Source: Lama glama (Eukaryota). From it: a DNA stretch of 64,000 nt. Positions 52,694-64,000 of this stretch are shown in pieces (position 1 is the stretch's first letter; each line of letters starts with the position of its first letter). Where the stretch lies: positions 49,106,001 through 49,170,000 of the forward strand of contig CM052818.1 in the NCBI GenBank assembly GCA_028534125.1, read 5' to 3'. The notes under the pieces are model-generated. The model made no database searches and had not been told where the DNA came from. It saw only the letters and a list, made by a program, of their open reading frames with translations. A program made the translations under genes and the position numbers.

Positions 52694-53085
52694 GTCCTCT
52701 GGTAGGTGGGCTCTAAGACAAGACTTTTTTCCGGGAGGGTCTTTGGGATTAACACAAGCCCAAGGTGGGGGGGGAGAATTCGGGGTTGCAGAGGAAGAAT
52801 TTAGGTGGTGGTAGAGTCACAATATAAAGTTCAGCCAACCTGACAGGAAGCTTGAAATCTGGGATAAGCCCTCAGAATTGTTCCAAATGAGAAAAAGGAC
52901 TGGACAATTGCATCACCACATGGCCAGTCTGGGTTCAGGCCACCCCCAAAAGTGGGTTCAACCCCTGGAGAGGAGGACCGCTGTAGCGGAGGGCTGTCAG
53001 CAGGCAGCATCCCCCGTCCTCAGTCCTGAAGTGCTCAGGTGGGGAGAGGGGGTGTCGGGCTTCAGTGTCACCTGCAGGTATCCAC
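52694..53085 (-). mobile_element. Older ERVL-type LTR (LTR16-like) adjoining the MLT1
   Basis: ttcagccaacctgacaggaagcttgaaatctgggataagccctcagaattgttccaaatgag. Confidence 0.5.
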
Positions 53086-56000
53086 CTCCTTCATGTTTAT
53101 CTCCCTTCTGAGCAGCCGTGTCCTCTGAGGACGCAGATACACTACAGACAAGTTCAAGTAGTGATGACCAGGACGTGCTCCGAAGCCATAAAAGTGCATA
53201 TTTCTATTCCATGAGTCACTGCCAGGTTTCAACAGACAGATGAAGAATGACGATGACTCACAAAGTGAACTAAAGATTTAGGCTGTTCGATGCAGTTCAG
53301 GTGCCGAAATCCTCAAGAAACAGGTGGCTGGCTTTTGAGGGACGCTCTGACGCCAGGGCTCGTGAAAGGCTCACACAACGCGGAGCTCCGTCTCGTCTGA
53401 ACGCCTTGGTACACGTGTTATGGCTCCTAATTAGCCTTAGCCTGAAATGTAAGTAAGGCTGGTATTATGTCCATTTTACATATTAAAGACATACCTGAGA
53501 GTCAAAGAGAGTCTTGCTTACGGCACGTCTGTGCCGTCAGTTTCTCATGCAATCCTCGTACGAATAAAACACATCAGGAGAGAGCTGTTGTCTCCTGAGA
53601 CAAGCGCACCACCCACGCTGACCCTTGACGAGCTTGTGCTGTTTAATATCAAGAACTGGACTGAGATTAAGGATGCGTCCTTTGTCCTCAGTTCTTCCTT
53701 TAATAGACAGTGAGGCCAGAGATTGTGCCTCTAAAATATCACCCATAAAAATAATGTAAGGCACTGAGACCCAACTTCTGGAAAGACCGCATCCCGTCCA
53801 CCCCGCAGCACCCTGACAAACGGCTCGAGGCGGTGAGAGGCGCACCGTCTCTTAGGCAGGCTGCCCCAGCGCTCGGACGGCCACACATTCAGTGCCCATG
53901 TGTTCAGAGCATCACAGACACAGCCAGCCTTTGCCACAAATCTGAAAAAAAAAGTTGTATAAACGCCACCATTTATGAGCTCCTAAACTGAGGTGAGCAT
54001 AGAGAAAAATCAGAAAAAAAGAAGAAAGAGAAAATGTTGCAACAACGCATCATTATAAGGAAAAGCAAAGCATGCACTTTATCCCAATTGTCTCCAAAAT
54101 TATGCAGCTGAAGAAAAGGAGCTTGTCAAACCCTTTCTAATTAAATTCATACATTTGTTCCTCTTCAAAAATGGCCACACACCCCATCTGCCAGTGCAGA
54201 ATGCCTGAGTTTTGCAGCCAAGATTCTCATGCTAAGCTGTTCTGCTGAGTTGAGGGGCCGGGGGTCCCTGGACCCTTAAAGCAGTTCCCTAAAAAGTGTT
54301 AAAAGAATTTCTGCATGCGCTTGAGTTATTTATCTACACTTTTATGATAAGAAGGTGGAATCTTGCAGGAAAGGTAAATCCTCCGAGGGCTCAAGTTGCA
54401 GGCACCGCAGTGACAGGCTGACGGGCGGTTTTAGTGGCACAATAATTTGGTTGAAATGCAGTGATTCTCTTTAACAGCTCATATTAAATCAGAGGCATCG
54501 TTAACTAGAGCCACCCAGAACGTCCCAGACACTCCCTGTGCACTTTCCCTGGCGCGCGTGTCTCATCCACACTCGGACGCCTGTGATCTGCGCAGCCGCA
54601 CAAGCCCGCGAGGACCGCTTCCACGTCCTCAGGGATGGGCAGCTCATCTTCTGTAACTCCTGCTTCACCATGACCCGCTCCAGCCGCCCCGGGAAGCCTC
54701 CCGCAGGCTCGTTTCCAGCTTCAGCCCAAGCGAGGCCTCCTGTGCGAGTCCTGCGGCGCCCCGTCCGCAGGGGCCACGTCCTTCCCCTCCCAGGTCACGC
54801 TCGCCACTCTGGAGCCCAGTCGGTCTGCGGTGCAGCAGAGATCTTTACTCTATCAAGCCGGTCCCTTTGCAGGAGCTGAAGTCCCTTCCTCCTCTGGATT
54901 CCTGGTACTTGTGGCCGTCGCCAGCCTTGCTTCCCTTAGCGATGCACCTTTTATGTGGTTTCATTATTTGTTTCCATATACAATTTGTATTGAAGTGTGA
55001 TTTTTTAATAAGCATATAACTGTATAATATCCTACTGGGTAAACTTCAACCATTTACAGTTATTGTTATTATTATTATTAATAAAGTCCATAGCGAGTGC
55101 TCAAAATTCTGACTGGCAGATTATTCTGCCTTAGAAGATGACACTGGACAGTGCCAGGCAGCTCTCTCTGTGGGTTATGTGTCATCCTCTTCCATCCCAC
55201 ATACTCAAAGCCACACATCTCCTGGTGTGTCCAAGCGGCACAGACACCTGAGTGAATCACACGGTCCTCCCACCTCTCTTAAAAGCGAACTGTCACATAT
55301 GTATTTAGAAAACAAGTTTCTTCCCTTGCATAACCCCTTGCAATTTTATTTGATAATTTTTGGAAGAGGTGACGACGGCCTCGGGTTTACAGCAGACAGG
55401 TGACGGATAACCACGTGTCGGCCACCAAGTCTGCGTCTGAAGAGCAAGAGGCGGCTCCGGAGGAGGGTCTGGCCCCCCACGTCCACATCCCATCTGGCCT
55501 CTGCGCAGACCATGCAAGGAGGCGTTTCTGGGCCCTTTCGCTCATTATTTGACTCCAGCCTTGTTAGTAACTCAGTGTCGAAGCCAGGTCTTCCTTCTTG
55601 CGACTTCTCTGAAGCCATCTCTCCAGGTTGCCCCTGCTGCCCCCTCTTCTGTCACCAGTGTCCTTCCGGGGGTGGCCCTCAGCCCCGCCCACACCTCACA
55701 CCCGGGGACGGTGGGCACAGGTCTGACTTGGGAGGACAGGCTGTCCTCACGAACAGGCTCCGAGCTGCTTCCTCGAGGCTCCACATTCTCTTTCCCTTCA
55801 AGCAGCCCTTCAGAGCGCATTCTTTCCAATGCAGGTGAAAAATATAACTTCAGGCCTAAGTGGAAACCTTTCTTTTGCAGGCTTCGTGGACCCTCCACGT
55901 GCTGCAGGTTGGTTCGTGAGCATTCACACCGTCGCTCAGTGGCTCAGGATTATAATCACACTTCCCGCAAGAAGGCGCTCTCGAGGCACGGTGTCCCCCT

Positions 56001-56704
56001 TGGACGCCAGACACACCATCAGCTCGGGGAATTCCAGGGGATCTTGCTCTCTCCTCTCCGTTCAGTCCGCTGCGTGGCAGGACCCACAAAGTTCATAAGT
56101 GATACACACAGAAGGAGAGACTCCTGGGGGCCACGTTGTCCTAACTCAGGTGGAAAATGTTTTCTTCCCAGCACCCGTCGTCCGGCGGGGCCAGCCTGGT
56201 CTTGGGAGCCAAGAATGAGAAGTGAGCTATTTATTCAAACTATTCAAAGGAACAGAGGAATAAAGGTTTGTGGTATCTGAGTGCATGTTTTATTTTTCAA
56301 AAGGGGGGATATGTAAAAACAGCAACACATTTTACTCTGAGGGGAAATAGAGCCAAACATTTCAAGGCCACCTGTCGTACAAAACTCACTGCTAATCACA
56401 CAGCCATCAGGGTGGCTTAGGACGGAATTTGCTAGAAAGACCTGAATGTTTGGGCCAAAATCCTTTCCAGGCAAAAGAAAGCCTTTAGTTTTAGATGGTG
56501 AAATTATTGTACTTATGTCAGTACCTAAGCAAACATCCTCTTGAAATTACACTTTCTGTTACAAATACGAAGAAATAATTACTACGAAATAATTCTTGGT
56601 AAGGTTTCTGGTTGTTCATTTGGAGGAAGGCGTTAGAGAGAGAAACAAACACGTTTTGAAGGCCTGTCATAGTCCAGGGGATCTGCTGTGTGTATTTCAG
56701 CAAA

Positions 56705-57012
56705 TACGTTTATCATGTAACATTGCGTAAGTTTAAGGTCTATGTAATATGACCGATGTAACAATGTTTACCACATTACGTAATTATGGAGCAATATTAC
56801 TGTCTATATTCAGACATAGATTCTCTGTGCATTTGATCTCTATGGCTTATTTACTGCTCATTGCAAGTTTGTGCTTTTGCAAGGACCTCCTCCTTCCTCA
56901 CGGCTGGATCACATTCCATTGTATAGTATGTACCACATCTTTTCTATCCATTCATCCATGAATGGACTTTTGGGCTGTTTTGGTATCTTGGCTGCTGTAA
57001 ATAATGCTGGGT
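56705..57012 (-). mobile_element. L1MA-type 3' fragment
   Basis: aacattgcgtaagtttaaggtctatg..attccattgtatagtatgtaccacatcttttctatccattcatccatgaatggac. Confidence 0.8.
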
Positions 57013-57429
57013 ATCTGTGTGCATTTACTATTGCAATCTTCACAGCGACCCCAATGTTTCAAAGTATTATTCTCATTTGGAGGAGAATCTAAAGCTGAGA
57101 AAGTTAGTGACTCACCGTGTTCACGCAGGTGAATGGACACAGCAGGATTCAACCTCGGGTCTGTCTGATGTAACATTAGCTCTCAAATCACACGTCATTC
57201 CATAAGAAACACGTACGTCATTTGTTTAAGCAGCAACTCCTTCTTTTCTAAAAATTCAACTTGTTGCTTTGTAGATTTTCAATTATTTTTCTATTATCAC
57301 CAAGGCCTTTTTTTTTTATAGTATGCCGTCCATAAAGCAATAACCACCTCTTCTGCTTCAAACTAGTTAGCTTGTTTAATTTATCCAGCTTAGCTGCCAC
57401 TCAGTCCTTTGTCCCAAATTGCTGAAATG

Positions 57430-57840
57430 TGTTATGGAGCTAATTTCGATTCTGCTGCATCAACAAACAGCCCCTGTCCTCAAGTTGCGATGGCTTAGCA
57501 CAGAAATTTACTTCTCCTCCACATGCACGTCTCATTTGATTTGGCAGGGGTTCTGCCCTCCCCCCCCCCCCGCAGCCTCCCGGGAACCCAGGCTGAGGGA
57601 GAAACTGCTCACTAGCTTGCAGCTGTGTGTGGGACTCTGGCTCCCTTCTTGCTGTTGTGGGCAAAGGGAATGTGAGCCTTAGCCAGTAAAGCTGCAGCCT
57701 TAACCACACACATCGTTTCCACTCACAGCCCAGTGGCCGGGACTCGGCAAGGGCTCCACCTACCGGCAAGAGGGCAGCACAGTGTCGCCCTTGCACCTGC
57801 CTGGGGAGAGGAGCGGATGGACGTGTGGGAGCACCAGGGG
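57430..57840 (-). mobile_element. Old MaLR LTR (MLT1K/L-like)
   Basis: gctgcatcaacaaacagcccc..tggcttagcacagaaatttacttctc..gggaacccaggctga..tttccactcacagcccagtggcc. Confidence 0.6.
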
Positions 57841-58227
57841 TCTCCCCCAGTGCCTCTGATCAGCCTTCCATCGCAGGCCCGCTTCCGCATCCTTCCATCT
57901 CCATGATCACCGGTCCTTAGGGCGGAATCCGCGCGGGCGGCGTCAGCAGGCCTGTTCTGTCTGACGCCCTGATGCTCTGTGAGGCACCCGTCCTGGACAC
58001 AGCTCACTCTCAGACCACAGGAAACCGTATCATCCCTGCTTCCTAAAGACGGCATTTTTTCACCCGTATACCTGACAATGTTGCAAAGGAATCCAGCTCT
58101 TTTAAGTTACAACTTTTAATACTGGGATGAGCGTGGAGAAACTCAAGGAAGAGAGGGAACAGCAGTTTTCCAGGCTGTGTGTAGTGACGCCGGCCACTGG
58201 AGGGGAGGTCACCAGGCTCCGTGAGGG

Positions 58228-58380
58228 ACGTCATTTTGCTAACCCCTGCAAAGTCCTTGCAGGGTAGGCAGGGTCATTCCCTGTCTGTAAGTGAGGAAAC
58301 CCAGGCCCAGGGAGGCTGGTCATGTGTCTGGTCAGTAAGGGGAGTCAGGATTAGGGTCCAGTTTCCCCGATTCCAAAATG
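58228..58380 (-). mobile_element. MIR SINE
   Basis: gggtaggcagggtcattccctgtctgtaagtgaggaaacccaggcccagggaggc. Confidence 0.7.
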
Positions 58381-59334
58381 CACGACCCTAGCATTGCGTC
58401 ATGGGGCCTGTCTGTCCAGGGAAGAGGCAGGAATCCCACTCACAATAATTGGAGTCCTTTTATTAGCAAATGGAGTAGAGACAGGGCCAACACAGAGGCC
58501 ATTCATCTCGCCTTTGCGAAGACGGCGTCTGGATGTCAGAATGGTCTAAGCACAGTGACACTTAGTGGCAGGGAGCGCCACTGAGCCAGCGCACAGTTCT
58601 CTGGAGCTCACCTGTCCTCAGAGGCCTTGGCTGCGGTGGGAAGACCTCCTCAGACCTGGGCTGGCGTCAGCGGTTGCCTCAGCACGTGGTCGGGATGTAA
58701 ACGTCTGACGGCATTTCTTCATCTTAAAAATCTACCTTCTAGGCTAACGCAAAATTTAAAAGATAGATCCCTCGTGATCTGTTCCAAATTAAAGGATGGG
58801 ATAAAGGGGCAGGAAACAGGTACAAAGTCCGACCCGAGCCCCCTGTGTGTGAGCGCAAGGTGGTTTGGGCCCCGCCTGGCGAAGCCGCCAGTGTGGTCAG
58901 CATGCTGCCTTTTAGGCTGGTTGTGACAGAAGGTGCAGCCATGCAGGGTCCCTGAAGAGGCGGGGTGCCCCCCACCCCCCGACACACGCACCCCGGGCAG
59001 AGGTGTCACAGACACAGAGCGACTCTCCGCTGCAGGCAGGGCTCGGGGCTGGTGCCTAGTTTCCTCAGGAGATGTGAGCAAATTCTAAAGCAATGTTCAA
59101 AAATACGAAAAGGTCCTTTCTAGTCTATAAGACAAAACACATGCTTCCTTCTGTCTGTCTGTCTGACTCACATTACGTCCCACGTCTGTGTGTTTCTCTT
59201 CTTTTCTGATTGGCTCATCCTCTGAAAAGCAATTCTGTGTCACGACAACGTTATAAAAGTAGACAAGTTTAGTCTGTTATGATGTGCCATGGAGATTAAG
59301 AGAGTGTACATTTGTGTCACTTTAGTGAGACGAC

Positions 59335-60338
59335 ATGTATTCCCAAACTTCATGACCAGCTTCACACATATACATATTGTTACATTTTTTCAAGTCACTT
59401 TAGTGACTGGCTTAATTGAAGATGGATTCTCCTATCTGCTTCCCCATTAAATATGTTGTTTTGTTACAAACATGTACAGAAAATCTGGCCCCAAACAAAT
59501 ATATAGAGGGAAACAAAGGAAAGCATTTTAATAGCCTTCTCAGATAACTGAGGATAATCCTCTTTGATACTACTCCAAAACTCAACAAGTAATGTTTTAA
59601 TAAGGTTGATTGCAAAACAGATCTAAAACCATACCAATGAGCTCTTTCCATAATTTATTGGCCTCCCTTGCATTTTGAAGGCATCTTAACATTATTTTAG
59701 ATGATCACAGCTACAAATTATCCAGGTATCTGATTTCTTCTTGAAAGCTCACCGTGTATTCCATGCAACAAATATTCTCAATACTTTTCCTTAAAGTGAC
59801 AGCTTTACTGTGTTCATTTTCAAGACACATTAGTCCAACATTCAACTCTCAGTAACTGCCATTTGTCCCTCAGTCATTGTTTCCAATCAAAATTGTGTCC
59901 TGTAAAAAAATAAAAATTAAAAAAAATTAATAATTAGTTCAGCTTGAAACTCAGTCATAGGAACGATTTTCCTCGAGAGGACCACGTGCTCCAGCACGTG
60001 GCAGAAATGCCGACAGACTGTGAAAAGGACAGAGCCTCGGTGTCGAGACGTGGTGATGTTTGCTGCTACAGCAAGGAGCTTCGTAAGGGAAACTGGCTCT
60101 TCTCACCTGTGCAGGGAGGAGGTGAGGGAAGCAGTGATGGAGTGCAGGTTGGGGCCGCCGCCTTGATGCGAGGTAAGGACCCACAGTTTTACCCACGCTG
60201 CTTTTACACCTTCAGGACAAATGCCAACACAACGAAAAAGGCAAATTACATCTTAGTATTTTTATGAAAATAGTTTCCACCTCTCAAGGCCCCTGAAAGT
60301 TTCTCAGGGACCTGCCCTCCGCAATTTGGGAATCAGTT
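59335..60338. mobile_element. hAT DNA transposon, Charlie1-like, internally deleted
   Basis: Charlie1-like motifs ggataatcctctttgatactactccaaaactcaacaagt, aattagttcagcttgaaactc and aacatcttagtatttttatgaaaatagttt-like end; weak inverted termini attcccaaa / tttgggaat. Confidence 0.75.
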
Positions 60339-60845
60339 ATAAACACAAATTTTACTTTATGTATAGTCAAGGAAATATAGATTTTTTTTAAATAACATCT
60401 TTTCCCCCTAGGTTAAGTTAGTAAGGTATTTATTGCCATGGTAAGAGACAAAGTTGTTGAACACTGAAAACTGGTTCCCCCATTTCCTTCTTAGCCTCAG
60501 CTGGGTCTACTGTTGATAATTATAAAATCATTTAAGATAGCTGTTATCAGAGAAGAGTAAACTCTTAGACCCTATGTTTTTTTCCTCATGGAAGTGCTAT
60601 TGTAAAAACATGAACTTTCTTATTAAAAAAACCCTGAGGATTAAACCTCTGTTGGTGTTTTAACTCTTTTAACACAGCTCATTAAAACTGATTGATAAAT
60701 AAAGATGAGCCCTGACTAAAAGGGAGAACTTCTGACAATTGTAAACACGGAAAAGTTGGAGCAAAAAGGAATTTCATCAGTACATATTTGTTCTGGCAAA
60801 ACATTCTTATTTTTCACATAAACGAAAGCACCAATGTGTTTATCT

Positions 60846-60970
60846 ACACACACACAGATACACACACACAGTCACACACACAGACACACACACAGACACA
60901 CACACAGACACATACACACACAGACACAGAGACACACACAGACACAGAGAGACACAGACACACACACAGA
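60846..60970. repeat. Compound (CA)n/(CAGA) microsatellite
   Basis: acacacacagatacacacacacagtcacacacacagacacacacacagac... Confidence 0.92.
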
Positions 60971-61931
60971 GCAAAATTTTGCATCTCTTTTCTCTCATGG
61001 GCAAGTTGTGTGTACACAGACAACTATGCCTCAAATACATTTATGTCAAGTGCTAGGAAGTTCATACACAACTAAAGGAGCTGGGAGATCAACTTCAATA
61101 ATATTTGCAAAAACCAGTTTGATAATGTTATTCTGATGTCCTCTATCACTGCCACCCCTATGGATATGCCTGTGACTCAAGGTCTATAAACATAATCATT
61201 AAACAGCATGTGTTTTAAGTGGCTTTTCCAATCTCGTTGGTGGTCCACCCCATTCCCTCCCTGACCTCGTCAAATTCTGTCATGGGTAATAAATCACGTT
61301 TCGAAGACCCCTGGTGAAACCGTGCAGCGAATCAAAACTGAGGCATTGGCAATCTTTGCACAAAATGAGCTAACAGGACACAGGAAAGAGTAATCTCCCT
61401 CCAAATTCAAAACACAGTGATGCATTAATTTCGGGACTGTGGCAATTCAAATGCGGATATAAATTACTGAGTATTTAAGAGAACATTTAATACTGGATTC
61501 ATGCTATACCAACGTCTAAGCGTCTACCGCTTTACATTTGCAGTGTGTAGATTTGACAGAAAGAACTTCAGCTGACTGGCCTTGCTTGAAGAAATAGCAT
61601 TATCTTCAGCAGTTTTAAAAAATGCTCTTGTTTCCACAACGTGCTGCTTGCGTCTGCCGGAGGGAGGCAGGCAGCACTGGCAGGCCCCAACGTGGCATAA
61701 ACGCAGGCAAAGAAAGGTAGATGTTGAGGGCATCACCAGCCTTTCTGGGAACACTGTGAGTAAGAGACATTATAGAGGGAGAACAGTTTGTATCTGTGAA
61801 AGCGGTCACTGAGCCAGAGCCGTTTGGAAAGGAATAGGCGAAGTATTTTACTGTAGAATTATAAAGCATTCCCATATTTACTGGAGCTCTACCACCAAAA
61901 CGGGTGTGACATTTCAAGAGTTTTTCCTCAC

Positions 61932-62080
61932 TCAGTGTTTTAACAAGTGTGAGCAGATTCACCTGGGTCTCCCCCGCACCGCCTCTGACTTAGAAGGATC
62001 GGGATGGGGCTCAGAAAGAAAGAAGAAGCACATTTGGTGATTCTGATGCTTGGTACACCGACACGCACTTCACAGAATCT
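61932..62080. mobile_element. MER5-like hAT MITE remnant
   Basis: gcagattcacctggg..gggatggggctcagaa..ggtgattctgatgc. Confidence 0.5.
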
Positions 62081-62324
62081 CCACGCTTCTTTGGCACATG
62101 AGTATTTGAGAGTTCATCGGCGACCAGAGCTAACTTACTCCTTTTAGTGGGGAGAGGATACAAAAATCCCACTTAATTATTTCTGTTATAAATTATTCGT
62201 GCACTACTCATTAAATAGTTTTTGTAAAAGCAAATACGTTTTTTACGACCTCCAGTATGTTGATAAATATAGTTAAATTCTAACTCAACGGTGGACCCCA
62301 TCTGCCGGGGAAAGTGTGCTGCGA

Positions 62325-62540
62325 AAGTGGTTAGAATCACGGGTTCCAGAATCAAAGCATCGGATTCAGTTCCTACCCGCACTCCTTTCCAGACGGGCAA
62401 ACTACTAAGCTTCGTTGAGTTTCGGTTTTCTAATCTGTACATGGGGGCCCCTAACACCGCCTGCCTCCGTGGGCTGCAACAGGCATTGAGTGGGATATTG
62501 ACATACAGTGCCCGGCTCATAGTGAGCGGTCTAGACATTC
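62325..62540 (+). mobile_element. MIR SINE
   Basis: gtggttagaatcacgggttccagaatca..gggcaaactactaagcttcgttgagtttcggttttctaatctgtacatgggg..acagtgcccggctcatagtgagcg. Confidence 0.85.
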
Positions 62541-62609
62541 AAACCACTGTTACGACTGTTTATGTCTATGAAAGTTTGTGAAACTTCGCCCTAGAATGTA
62601 TTCCAAACA

Positions 62610-62798
62610 ATAAATAGGGAGTTTGGGCTTTACAGATACAAACCACCATACATGTAAAATAGACAAACAAGGGTTTACTGCATCTTGTAATAACCTGTCA
62701 TGAAAAAGAATAGATACTCACATGTAAAACCGAATCACTATGCTGTACACAGGAACCTAACACAACATTGCAATCCAACTACATTTCAATTAAGAAAG
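62610..62798 (+). mobile_element. Short artiodactyl-type L1 3' end
   Basis: aaatagggagtttgggctttacagatacaaac..gaatcactatgctgtacacagg..aacacaacattgcaatccaactacatttcaatt. Confidence 0.85.
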
Positions 62799-62799
62799 C

Positions 62800-63085
62800 A
62801 TTCTCATTTAGCCTGTAGTAAGTGCCAGGCGCTCTCTAGTTTCTGGGGACACCTCAGCCCGCAGGACATAACATGTGCTTTCAGGGAGTTGCACACGTAC
62901 GGCGGGAGAGACAGATAATGGAAAACTGGCAAATACCTGTGTAGTGTAACAGAGAAGTCATGCGTGCAACGAGGAAGAACAAAGCAGAGTGAGACAGGCA
63001 AAGAGCGGCCAGGGGTTCTGTTTAGGAAAGTTCTTCAGGGAGACCTTCTCTGTGGATGTAATAGTTGAGCAGAAGGTTAACTGAC
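62800..63085 (-). mobile_element. L2 LINE 3' fragment
   Basis: aagtgccaggcgctctctagtttctggggacac..cttcagggagaccttctctgtggatgtaatagttgagcagaagg. Confidence 0.75.
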
Positions 63086-64000
63086 CGTGTGGAACTCTTG
63101 AACCTCAGAGAGTCCCTTGAAAATGCCACGCGTTCAATCGTTAGAGCGACTCTCGGTCTCGTTCATCAATTCAGCACGTTTAAGACAGCAGGATACCGCC
63201 CACACATGTAAGCAAATGGTAATGAACACATGTGCACGTGATCTGTCTCAGCAAGTTAAAAATACCTTATACAGTCGCCATGATTAAAATCCGTGTTAAA
63301 TGAAAAGTTTTCTTGACGTTGGAGAACTCGTAGAGTATGTGAGCGTGTACACAGACATCTCTGCAGAAAACTGCATGTCAGAATGGACTCTGTACTTAAA
63401 TGTTTAAGTCTTCTTAGCAAAAATTGCAAATGAGAGTTTTGAAAGTTCAGTTGGACAACCGGAAGTGCAACATTTTAATTATATTATTTACTTTGCCAAG
63501 ACAATATGCACATCTCATACCTTGAATCTTTCCAAATCTTTGGCAGCAAATACCCTGCACCATCGAAAGCAGATGGCCCACTAATTTTAAAGCCCCATGT
63601 TAACCAAAAATATTGGAATATGGTAAAAGTTGAATTAATAAAATTATATGCAAACATCCAACAAAAACCAGTGCTTGTGCCAAACTCAATAAAGCCTCAG
63701 CGGGAGCTCCACACTGCTAGACCTTGCACAAGCCACAGTAAATACATTCTCTAAGGCTTCCGCGGGCCTCAGCGTGGAAGCCAGTTGGAAGATTCTATTT
63801 AATCTGGCCCTGTTAAGACGGAGCATATTTCTACCCTTGTTATCGCATGACTGCCCACTACGCTTACCCTCGGATGGGGACGGGTCCAAAGCGCTAACTC
63901 TGCAGCGATTTACCTGCAACGGCGCGACTCACACAGCACTGCCAGCGTTTTGAACTGGATCCTCCTTTGCTGCGAGAGGCTGCCCTGCACCTGGTAGGGC

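Noticed and set aside
55549..56280. Longest ORF in the window (243 aa)
   Set aside because: Starts at TTG, overlaps other open frames and has no homology I can recognise.
1..64000. CRISPR arrays, operons, tRNA/rRNA genes, known miRNA hairpins, or a named host gene
   Set aside because: Mammalian DNA with no regularly spaced direct repeats. By eye I found no tRNA/rRNA or well-known mature miRNA sequence, and no exon matched a protein I know, so no gene symbol is assigned.

Overview
This is mammalian genomic DNA, not prokaryotic. The artiodactyl-style L1 3' ends and the absence of recognisable Alu, B1, Bov-A/tA, PRE-1 or Can-SINE suggest a camelid-like genome (inference). I could not recognise any conserved protein-coding gene. 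The window is intergenic or intronic and rich in repeats: two 1.5 kb lineage-type L1 fragments, several short L1 3' ends, older L1M/L2/MIR, MaLR/ERVL LTRs (two with visible 5-bp TSDs), a hAT Charlie element and microsatellites. It contains two strong CpG islands (about 20.5-21.2 kb and 42.6-43.9 kb) and several repeat-free, homeobox-motif-rich blocks that look like enhancers. The most interesting leads are (1) a hand-assembled four-exon minus-strand transcript from the first island that keeps one open frame (196 aa, no recognisable homologue) and ends near an AATAAA, (2) a candidate tissue-specific first exon just past the second island, and (3) two L1 insertions that lack 3' ends and appear to have deleted their target sequence. 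Repeat family names come from remembered consensus similarity, and boundaries are approximate unless a TSD is quoted.
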